Shown here one piece after another: positions 9,165-16,557 of a DNA stretch of 40,695 nucleotides; within the stretch, counting starts at the first letter, position 1; every line of letters begins with the position of its first letter. Both the position numbers and the translations under genes were made by a program. The notes below the pieces were generated by a model that had not been told where the DNA came from, searched no databases, and was given only the letters and a program-made list of their open reading frames with translations. The DNA comes from a virus. Lineage: Duplodnaviria > Caudoviricetes. The stretch is from positions 1-40,695 of IMG/VR virus record IMGVR_UViG_3300030330_000985. One strand, given 5' to 3'.

Positions 9165-9322
9165 TGAAAGCTAACGAAGTTTTAAAATTATTAGAAAAGC
9201 ACGAAGAAGAGTGCGGAAAAAGATATGAACGTATAGAAAAGAGTCTTGATAAGTTTGATGTTAAACTTTGGGGGCTTGCCATTCTAATAGTTATAACCCC
9301 TTTTTTACATAAGTTGATTTAA
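9164..9322 (+). CDS. 52-aa coiled-coil plus C-terminal TM protein (XhlA/holin-like; not in the ORF track)
   Basis: Translated by hand: MKANEVLKLLEKHEEECGKRYERIEKSLDKFDVKLWGLAILIVITPFLHKLI. TAATG coupling. Confidence 0.7.
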   Translation: MKANEVLKLLEKHEEECGKRYERIEKSLDKFDVKLWGLAILIVITPFLHKLI

Positions 9323-9323
9323 A

Positions 9324-9602
9324 ATGGCTATGACGAGAGGACAAATGAGCAAACAAATTAATAAACCTCCAGCCAAGAAAAAGAAAACAAAACGTAAAAT
9401 ACCAGAAAAATATTTAAAAGGCTTGTCAAGCACAGAGCGTGCTAAACGTCGTAAGGAAATACAACGTAATGCACCTAAAGCAGATAATGATCCATCTGCT
9501 TATAAGTTCAGCACAGACTTTAAAAAAGGTAAACGCAGAAAAACAAAAGAGTCTGTGTACACAAAACGATTTAGAAAAATGTATGGAGGTAAAAAGAAAT
9601 GA
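9324..9602 (+). CDS. Basic protein
   Basis: 92 aa, very K/R-rich (PEKYLKGLS...KTKESVYTKRFRKMYGG). Confidence 0.75.
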   Translation: MAMTRGQMSKQINKPPAKKKKTKRKIPEKYLKGLSSTERAKRRKEIQRNAPKADNDPSAYKFSTDFKKGKRRKTKESVYTKRFRKMYGGKKK

Positions 9603-9748
9603 AGAAAAAACTAACACCCAAGCAAAAGAAGTTAGCTTCGTTAACACCACCTTTTAATAAAATAACTCGTGGAGATATAATAAAAGGTGCAACTATGAGA
9701 AAAAAGAAAAATGGTAGCAAAGCTAGAAACAATAAGAAAAAAACTTAA
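9599..9748 (+). CDS. 49-aa Lys-rich microprotein (not in the ORF track)
   Basis: MKKKLTPKQKKLASLTPPFNKITRGDIIKGATMRKKKNGSKARNNKKKT. GGAGG RBS and ATGA overlap. Confidence 0.7.
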   Translation: MKKKLTPKQKKLASLTPPFNKITRGDIIKGATMRKKKNGSKARNNKKKT

Positions 9749-9848
9749 AAGTGGGAAAAAGTTAGGTTTTAGCGAAAAAGCTAGAGCAGTTAACAAAGGT
9801 TTAATGCCAAGTAAGAGGAGGAAAAAAAGTGTCAGCAAACGTAAGTAA
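9711..9848 (+). CDS. 45-aa Lys/Arg-rich microprotein (not in the ORF track)
   Basis: MVAKLETIRKKLKSGKKLGFSEKARAVNKGLMPSKRRKKSVSKRK. Fills the gap between neighbours; weak RBS. Confidence 0.6.
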   Translation: MVAKLETIRKKLKSGKKLGFSEKARAVNKGLMPSKRRKKSVSKRK

Positions 9849-10101
9849 AACACTTGCAGAAAAGGCTAAAAAAGCTAGAGCAAAAGGTAAAAAAGTAACA
9901 GCAGGACAGTTAAGGCAAGTCTACAACAAAGGACTCGCCGCTTATAAAACTGGACACCGTCCTGGAACAACACCTAACCAATGGGCAATGGCTCGCGTAA
10001 ACTCTGTGCTAACTGGAGGTAAAGCGGCGAAAGTTGATGCTCATATATTTGGTAAAGGTAAAAAACCTAAGAAAAAACCTACAGCTAAGAAAAAAGGCTA
10101 A
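9829..10101 (+). CDS. Basic protein, DUF5824-like
   Basis: GTG start after AGGAGG. Motif VYNKGLAAYKTGHRPGTTPNQWAMARVNS; family name from recall. Confidence 0.7.
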   Translation: MSANVSKTLAEKAKKARAKGKKVTAGQLRQVYNKGLAAYKTGHRPGTTPNQWAMARVNSVLTGGKAAKVDAHIFGKGKKPKKKPTAKKKG

Positions 10102-10775
10102 TGTCATATTTAATTAGTAATATACCCTTCTTTAAATGTTGGGTACGCAAAGAATTTACGCATAATCATGAAAAATATAAAGGTGAATTTATACATGCTC
10201 ATGCGTTTGCCGTAACAACAATGCCAGATAGAACGCTTGGGTTTCAAGTCGTGTTTACTGGGTGTGAGGTTGACGGCACTGATGAAACAAATATACACGG
10301 TGGAGCAATGTGGGCTAGAATGCCTTTAACTGCATTGGTTGCTGATATACCTTTGGACACTATGCCTGATATTATGCACCCACGCTTTGCTCAGCCTTGG
10401 GACTGTAGCTCACATCATCATAGTGTTGTTAAGTTAGATTATGTAAGTGTTAGTCCATGGATATGTAAAATAGATAATAGGTTGCATATCGGTAAATATT
10501 TATTTACAATAGATTACAGTCAGTCTGATTTAGCAGATGATCCAGCTCAGCATAAGCAGAGTCATGTCATCCAGTTAATAAAGGCTGATAATTGGACTGG
10601 TAACATTGTTGCCTTGCCAAATAACAGGGTTAGAGTAACTTCCCCTGCACTCTGGGAAACTGGAGAGGGAGCTCCCGATTTTAAACCGAGTCAATGGACT
10701 CATAACGCAGAGGAACATGAACAATATATGGATCCCGAAGTAACCTTCAACAATCTTTATAAGGAGAATAAGTAA
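10101..10775 (+). CDS. Conserved globular protein of unknown function
   Basis: 224 aa, TAATG-coupled on both sides. QPWDC, YLFTIDY, QHKQSH and PNNR motifs. Confidence 0.8.
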   Translation: MSYLISNIPFFKCWVRKEFTHNHEKYKGEFIHAHAFAVTTMPDRTLGFQVVFTGCEVDGTDETNIHGGAMWARMPLTALVADIPLDTMPDIMHPRFAQPWDCSSHHHSVVKLDYVSVSPWICKIDNRLHIGKYLFTIDYSQSDLADDPAQHKQSHVIQLIKADNWTGNIVALPNNRVRVTSPALWETGEGAPDFKPSQWTHNAEEHEQYMDPEVTFNNLYKENK

Positions 10776-10939
10776 TGATGAAGAAAAAAAGCTATGCAAT
10801 GGGTGGTGCTACTAACGAAAAAGAAAAAATGATGGGTGGTGGTGCTATGAAGAAAAAAAGTTTTGCCATGGGTGGCGGAGCTAATAAAAAGAAAAGTTTT
10901 GCTAATGGTGGAAAAGTGGTGAAAGGTCCTTACAGTTAA
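10775..10939 (+). CDS. 54-aa basic microprotein built from four KKKS(F/Y)AxGG-type repeats (not in the ORF track)
   Basis: MMKKKSYAMGGATNEKEKMMGGGAMKKKSFAMGGGANKKKSFANGGKVVKGPYS. AAGGAG RBS and TAATG overlaps at both ends. Confidence 0.8.
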   Translation: MMKKKSYAMGGATNEKEKMMGGGAMKKKSFAMGGGANKKKSFANGGKVVKGPYS

Positions 10940-11607
10940 TGACCACTTCATCCTCTACTGATTTTGAGCTAGATGTAGCTGAATATATTGAGGAAGCCTT
11001 TGAGCGTTGTGGTTTAGAGGTAAGGACTGGTTATGACTTACAAACAGCCAAACGTTCTTTAAATATATTATTAGCTGATTGGGCAAATAGAGGATTGAAT
11101 CAATGGACTATTGAACAACGTACACAATCATTAACATCAGGTACAGCGGAATATAGTTTAGGAACAGATGTCATTGATATTCTGAACGCTGTCATACGGA
11201 GAGGAACTACAGATTTTACAATTAGTAGAATAAGTAGGGATCAATACATTAATATACCAGTAAAGTCTACAACTGGTAGACCTAGTCAGTATTTTTTAGA
11301 TAGACAGATCACACCAAATTTAAAACTCTGGTCTACCCCAGAGAATAGCACAGATACTTTTGTGTATGATGCTTTGACTAGGATACAAGACGCAGATACA
11401 GCTAAAAATACAATGGAAGTACCATTTAGGTTTTATCCATGTTTGACTGCAGGACTTGCTTATTATTTGGCAATGAAAAAAGCTCCTGACAGAATACAAA
11501 TATTAAAAGCTGTATATGAAGAAGAGTTTGAGCGTGCTTCAGCAGAAGATAGAGATCGTTCTAACCTAACATTAACACCTAGTAGCACTTATTATGGATT
11601 TGTATGA
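10939..11607 (+). CDS. Head-tail adaptor / tail tubular protein A-like
   Basis: IEEAFERCG, AKRSLNILLADWANRGLNQW, GRPSQYF and GLAYYLAMK; helical N- and C-termini around a beta core. Position after the head genes. Confidence 0.7.
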   Translation: MTTSSSTDFELDVAEYIEEAFERCGLEVRTGYDLQTAKRSLNILLADWANRGLNQWTIEQRTQSLTSGTAEYSLGTDVIDILNAVIRRGTTDFTISRISRDQYINIPVKSTTGRPSQYFLDRQITPNLKLWSTPENSTDTFVYDALTRIQDADTAKNTMEVPFRFYPCLTAGLAYYLAMKKAPDRIQILKAVYEEEFERASAEDRDRSNLTLTPSSTYYGFV

Positions 11608-11921
11608 CTAGATACGCTATTGGAAGAAAATCAAAGTTTATATCAGATAGGTCTGGCTTTGCCTTTCCATACAGAGAGCGTGTTATGGAATGGAACGGTA
11701 ATGTAGTGCATAGATCTGAGTATGAGGTTAAACACCCTCAGCTAACTCCACGCAAACCACCACATGAGCCACAAGCTCTTTATCAACCTAGACCACAACA
11801 AGAAGATGATAATAAACAATTAATTGTCATAACAAATACTGGACTCGGTATATTAGGTACAAAATTAGATTCTTTTAGTGCCACTACAAGTTTAGGAACA
11901 GTAACAGTGAGTACATCATGA
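11604..11921 (+). CDS. Neck/tail-associated hypothetical protein
   Basis: ISDRSGFAFPY...EYEVKHPQL. The C-terminus SFSATTSLGTVTV resembles the fibre repeat. Confidence 0.7.
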   Translation: MTRYAIGRKSKFISDRSGFAFPYRERVMEWNGNVVHRSEYEVKHPQLTPRKPPHEPQALYQPRPQQEDDNKQLIVITNTGLGILGTKLDSFSATTSLGTVTVSTS

Positions 11922-12562
11922 GCTTTACATTAACTACATTAACGGCTTCCGTGCAAGAGTGGACACAAAATGATGAGAGTACGTTTGTAGCTGAAATACC
12001 TTTTTTTATAAAAAATGCAGAAGAACGTATTTTTAAAACTGTTGATTTAGATTATTTCCGTAAAAATGTTACTGGTGTAGCAACGTCAGGTAATAAGTTT
12101 TTACAAAAGCCCAGTGATTATTTGGCAACTTTTTCTTTATCTTTAGTGAGTAGTGGATCAAATGTTTTTTTGCTACAAAAGGATGTAAACTTTTTGCAAG
12201 AGTATCACCCTGACCCGACAGTAACGGGAACACCTAAATATTATGCACAGTTTGATGTTGATAATTTTATTTTAGCACCCACTCCAAATGCCAACTTTAC
12301 AGCGGAATTACATTATTATTACAGACCAGCATCACTCACAACTGATGATAGTGGATCAACTTGGATTAGTACAAACGCCCCTGATGCTTTACTATATGGT
12401 ACATTAGTAGAGGCATATACGTTTATGAAAGGGGAAAAAGATTTGTTGGATTTATATAACGGTAGATATTTAGAATCTATTGCACGTCTCAAAAATTATG
12501 CAGAAGGTAGAAATTACTCTGACTCTTTTAGAGAAGGTTTGGTTAGACAAAAACAAACATGA
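11918..12562 (+). CDS. Second adaptor / tail tubular protein
   Basis: FIKNAEERI, GTPKYYA, LAPTP and APDALLYGTLVEAYTFMKG; architecture similar to 10939-11607. Confidence 0.7.
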   Translation: MSFTLTTLTASVQEWTQNDESTFVAEIPFFIKNAEERIFKTVDLDYFRKNVTGVATSGNKFLQKPSDYLATFSLSLVSSGSNVFLLQKDVNFLQEYHPDPTVTGTPKYYAQFDVDNFILAPTPNANFTAELHYYYRPASLTTDDSGSTWISTNAPDALLYGTLVEAYTFMKGEKDLLDLYNGRYLESIARLKNYAEGRNYSDSFREGLVRQKQT

Positions 12563-13284
12563 AGAAAAGTAAAAGTGTAGCTATTGTCGGTTTAGGCAAT
12601 AGCTTTAGTGAATTTATTCTTGCTAGAATAAGAAGCGAAAAATTTGACGAAATATGGGCTATTAATTCTATGTCAGGAGTTATTTATCATGATAAATGTT
12701 TTATGATGGATCCACCCTCTAGATTTTTAGATACTCCTAATGCTGGTAAACAAACAACAATTATGGCTGATAGATTAAAGTCAAAACTAAACATACCTAT
12801 CTTTTCTTGCACTCTAGATGAAAGATGTCCTGATGTTGTTGAGTATCCACTGCAAGAAGTTTTACAAAAAACTAAATATGCTTATTTAAACAACACAGTC
12901 GCTTACGCTTTTGCATACGCAATAGCTCATGATTTTAAAGAGTTGCATTTGTATGGAATTGATTTTACACATAAACACATAAATTTTGCAGAGGCTGGTA
13001 GAGCTTGCTGTGAATTTTGGTTAGCCATAGCCATATCAAAAGGTATAAAAGTAAATATTGCACACAACTCAAGTTTATTAGATACAAATATCCCAGATGA
13101 TCAAAAGTTGTATGGGTATCATAGACTTGAAGACCCAATAGTTTCTACAACAACACAAGGTAGTATGTTAATAACAAGAAAATCAAAATTAGATCCTCCA
13201 GAACCATTAGATGCAACACCAAATATCATTGGCAGAGAGGACATAGTGGGCGTAACTTACGAGGAGGTTAATAAAAATGTTTAA
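12559..13284 (+). CDS. Sialyltransferase/Maf-like (CstII/GT42- or GT29-type Rossmann) glycosyltransferase, putative
   Basis: VAIVGLGNS, EIWAIN, NTVAYAFAYA and KELHLYGIDF follow the IxGNGPS...N...A..A...G.keIyLyGiDf pattern of CMP-sugar transferases. Confidence 0.55.
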   Translation: MKKSKSVAIVGLGNSFSEFILARIRSEKFDEIWAINSMSGVIYHDKCFMMDPPSRFLDTPNAGKQTTIMADRLKSKLNIPIFSCTLDERCPDVVEYPLQEVLQKTKYAYLNNTVAYAFAYAIAHDFKELHLYGIDFTHKHINFAEAGRACCEFWLAIAISKGIKVNIAHNSSLLDTNIPDDQKLYGYHRLEDPIVSTTTQGSMLITRKSKLDPPEPLDATPNIIGREDIVGVTYEEVNKNV

Positions 13285-13564
13285 TATTAATGTGTCAGAG
13301 CTAGGTAATGTAATTGTTAAAACCTCAGAAAAAGGTGGTTTAAACAATGAACAAATAGCAGATTTAGCTGTAGATAAGATTGCAAGTATATCAGAAGATG
13401 CTCCGTCACATTTAAAAGAACAAGCTAAATTATTTAGAGAACAACTTAAAGGCATCATTCATCATTATATACTCTTGGCAAGAAAGGAAGAGCGTGCTAG
13501 TATTATCCAAGTCCTACGATCAAATGGTCAAAAGGAAACGGCTGAATATATAAGGAGACTCTAA
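13277..13564 (+). CDS. Hypothetical helical protein
   Basis: 95 aa, GAGGAGG RBS, in operon. Confidence 0.7.
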   Translation: MFNINVSELGNVIVKTSEKGGLNNEQIADLAVDKIASISEDAPSHLKEQAKLFREQLKGIIHHYILLARKEERASIIQVLRSNGQKETAEYIRRL

Positions 13565-13565
13565 T

Positions 13566-14021
13566 ATGGCTATAACACAAGCAATGTGTACTTCCTTCAA
13601 GAAAGAGTTATTAGAAGGTGTACACAATTTTAAAAACTCAGGTGGAGACACATTTAAATTAGCACTTTTTGCAGAGGGTAGTGGTGGTAAATCATCAACA
13701 ACTGCGACATTAGGTGCAACAACAACGGCACTTGTTACAACTGGTGAAGTAGCATCAAGTGGTACATATGCTACTGGGGGTGGTTCTTTAACCAGAGTAG
13801 ATCCATCAACTTCTGGAACAACTGCACTTACAGATTTTGCTGATTTAAGTTTTACAACTGCAACAATTACTGCAATGGGTGCTTTGATCTACAATAGTTC
13901 TGATAGTAATAAAGCAGTTGCTGTTTTAGATTTTACATCTAATAAAACATCTACAGCAGGCACTTTTACAATTCAATTTCCAACAGCAGACGCATCAAAC
14001 GCTATTATTAGAATAGCCTAA
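13566..14021 (+). CDS. Virion structural protein (tail/fibre-associated)
   Basis: MAITQAMCTSFKKELL...FKLAL...GALIYN...AVAVLDF...FTIQFP...AIIRIA; T/A/G/S-rich; AAGGAG RBS. Confidence 0.7.
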   Translation: MAITQAMCTSFKKELLEGVHNFKNSGGDTFKLALFAEGSGGKSSTTATLGATTTALVTTGEVASSGTYATGGGSLTRVDPSTSGTTALTDFADLSFTTATITAMGALIYNSSDSNKAVAVLDFTSNKTSTAGTFTIQFPTADASNAIIRIA

Positions 14022-14035
14022 CAAAAGGCTAACCA

Positions 14036-16540
14036 ATGGCGAACATTACTGGTTGGGGTCGAGGCACATGGGGTGAAGGAGCATGGAATGCTCCTCTAGC
14101 CGTTGAAGTTACTGGTGTTTCTGGTACTACGGCACTAGGCAGTGAAACTGTAGTTGCACAAACTGTAGCTTCAGTTGACTTTAGAGATAGCCTTATGGCT
14201 ACGTCATTCAGTCAAGAATTTGGCTTGACTGTAGATGGTTTTGTCCAAGACGGGCAAACAATAAGTAATGGCTCAAACCTTCAAGACATCACAAACACTG
14301 AAAGAAATCAAGATATTGTTCTTGCCGCAGAAATGGATCTGCCATCTTCTTTTACCAAAGCCTCTTGTATTTGGGAAACGGGAGGCACAGGAAGTGGAGC
14401 TTGGTTCGGTATATCAGAACAAAGTGGTGCTTACTTTTTAAGACTAAGAGCTGGATCTGGAACAGTAGGTAACAACACTACGAGTAATAGTATTTCTATT
14501 GCTCAAGTAGCAGTCTCAACTTTACCACAATTTTTTGATGGAAATACCCATACACTTGTTTGGGCAATAGATCAAAACATTGGTATAACTGAAATTTACA
14601 TAGATGGACAACTTGTCGCTGAAGGACAAACATCTAACGGAAGTAGTGTGACTTGGGCAGGAGGTGCTGATGGTGGTTTTGGTGTTGCGGTTGGAACTCC
14701 TGCTGGTGGCGATAGTGATGATGGTTCTACTCAATTTCAATCTGGTGATGCTTTTACTGGAACAATTCGTAGTGATCTACGAATGTATAAAAATGAATTT
14801 ATTGCCACACAAACAAACTCAACACAAACTGGAACTGCCAAAGTTATACCAACTGGAGTTGCTGGAACCTCTGCATTAGGCAACGAAGTTTCTTTTACAA
14901 ATGTTGTTGTAGTCGAAACTGGACTTGCTGGCACTTCAGCATTAGGCAATGTAGTTTCTGAGGGTGCTTCAGTCGCAGTGGTTACTGGCGTTGCTGGAAC
15001 TTCCGCATTAGGTAATACAACAGAAACGGGGACTGGAAGTTTTTCTGTTACTGGTGTTGCTGGAACTTCAGCAGTAGGAAACGCTCAAGCCTTTCCAGAA
15101 TTTGTTGTAGGTGCAACTGGTGATGCTGGAACAGGTGCAATAGGCAATGCCTCTATATCTGGAACGTGTTCTTTTTCTGTTACTGGTGTTGCTGGAACTT
15201 CTGCTTTAGGCGAAGAAGGAACATCTGCTGGGTCAACTGTAGTAGAGACGGGATTATCTGCAACTGGTGCAGTAGGAACTGCAACTGTTTTACCTTCCTT
15301 ATCAGTTCCCGTTACTGGCGTTGCTGGAACTGGTGCTATTGGTGATGCTCTTGGAGCTGGAGGAGCACAAGTTGTTGAAGAGGGTTTAACTGGTACTGTT
15401 AATATTGGTGACGAGGCAGTTACAGGCACTGCAAATATTTCAGTTACTGGCGTTAGTGCAACTGGTAGCGTAAATCAAAATGCTAGTCTTACTATATTTA
15501 CAATAACGGTTGTAGGTGGTAATCCTTCAAACCACCCTTACTATAACGTAGGCTCTGCAAACAAGTTTGCCGTTAATGGGTCAACTGCAACAGCAGATGT
15601 TCTTTTAACTTTAGATGAAGGAAGAACGTATAGATTTGATCAGAGTGATAGTAGTAATAGTGGACATCCGTTAAGATTTAGTACAACTGCAAATGGCACT
15701 CATGGCGGAGGGTCTGAATATACAACTGGAGTTACAACTAACGGTACTCCTGGACAATCTGGGGCATACACAGAAATTACAGTAGCTCATGGAGCACCTA
15801 CGTTATATTATTATTGTACTAATCACTCAGCAATGGGTTGGCAAGCTAATACCGATGCAAACTTTACGACTTTTACTGTTACAGTTGTTGGAGGCAACCC
15901 AAGTAATCATCCAAATTATAATGTAGGCTCTTCTAATAAATACGCAATAAATGGAAGCACCGCTACAGCAGATGTTGTGTTAGATTTAATAGAGGGTCAA
16001 AGATATAGATTTGATCAATCAGACAGCTCTAATAGTGGTCATCCTCTAAGATTTACGGCAGATTCTGATTCACAAACAAGTGCCTCCTCCTCAAGTCTTA
16101 CAGAATATACAACTGGAGTTACAACAAATGGAACACCTGGACAAGCGGGAGCTTATACGGAAATAGTTGTAGCAAGCGGTGCTCCCACCTTATATTACTA
16201 TTGTACCAATCATTCAGCGATGGGTGCAACTTTAAATACTGTTGTTGAATCTGCTGTTGTTGTCATAGGAACTGCTAATACTGGAGTTACGGGATTAGTT
16301 GGAACGAGTGCTTTAGGAACAGCAGTAGGAGTAATACCTGTTGTTGTATCTGTTACTGGTTTTAGTGTTACAACCTCATTAGGAACAGCCACGAGTTCTA
16401 CCGTATCAAATATTGTTATAACTGGTGTAGAAGGCACTGCGACATTAGGAACTTTAAATTTATACGGTATCATTGCAAATGATATATCTGTGAGTTATAC
16501 TGAGGTAACTCCGTCACAAACACCAAATTGGGCGGCTTGA
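14036..16540 (+). CDS. Fibre protein: WG motif, 22-aa repeats, LamG-like insert and two cupredoxin-like domains
   Basis: N-terminal GWGRGTWGEGAW; VTGVAGTSALG repeats at 66-nt spacing; THTLVWAID...EIYIDGQLV (LamG-like); two GHPLRF...YYYCTNHSAMG domains. Confidence 0.8.
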   Translation: MANITGWGRGTWGEGAWNAPLAVEVTGVSGTTALGSETVVAQTVASVDFRDSLMATSFSQEFGLTVDGFVQDGQTISNGSNLQDITNTERNQDIVLAAEMDLPSSFTKASCIWETGGTGSGAWFGISEQSGAYFLRLRAGSGTVGNNTTSNSISIAQVAVSTLPQFFDGNTHTLVWAIDQNIGITEIYIDGQLVAEGQTSNGSSVTWAGGADGGFGVAVGTPAGGDSDDGSTQFQSGDAFTGTIRSDLRMYKNEFIATQTNSTQTGTAKVIPTGVAGTSALGNEVSFTNVVVVETGLAGTSALGNVVSEGASVAVVTGVAGTSALGNTTETGTGSFSVTGVAGTSAVGNAQAFPEFVVGATGDAGTGAIGNASISGTCSFSVTGVAGTSALGEEGTSAGSTVVETGLSATGAVGTATVLPSLSVPVTGVAGTGAIGDALGAGGAQVVEEGLTGTVNIGDEAVTGTANISVTGVSATGSVNQNASLTIFTITVVGGNPSNHPYYNVGSANKFAVNGSTATADVLLTLDEGRTYRFDQSDSSNSGHPLRFSTTANGTHGGGSEYTTGVTTNGTPGQSGAYTEITVAHGAPTLYYYCTNHSAMGWQANTDANFTTFTVTVVGGNPSNHPNYNVGSSNKYAINGSTATADVVLDLIEGQRYRFDQSDSSNSGHPLRFTADSDSQTSASSSSLTEYTTGVTTNGTPGQAGAYTEIVVASGAPTLYYYCTNHSAMGATLNTVVESAVVVIGTANTGVTGLVGTSALGTAVGVIPVVVSVTGFSVTTSLGTATSSTVSNIVITGVEGTATLGTLNLYGIIANDISVSYTEVTPSQTPNWAA
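14849..15480 (+). repeat. Ten tandem 66-nt (22-aa) coding repeats
   Basis: Units start in register at 14849, 14915, 14981, 15047, 15113, 15179, 15245, 15311, 15377 and 15443. The 29-mer ttttctgttactggtgttgctggaacttc occurs at both 15041 and 15173. Confidence 0.85.
15497..16240 (+). repeat. Tandem duplication of a ~125-aa cupredoxin-like domain
   Basis: FTITVVGGNPSNHPYYNVGS at 15497 and FTVTVVGGNPSNHPNYNVGS at 15872. High protein identity with many synonymous differences. Confidence 0.9.
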
Positions 16541-16557
16541 TTTAGAAGGATGGTAAT

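Noticed and set aside
14849-15480. Regular 66-nt periodic repeats resembling CRISPR spacing
   Set aside because: The repeats are degenerate at third codon positions and in frame within a fibre gene, and no cas genes are present.
15497-16240. Duplicated segment as a possible DGR template/variable repeat pair
   Set aside because: Differences are not adenine-specific, both copies are in one reading frame, and no reverse transcriptase is present in the window.
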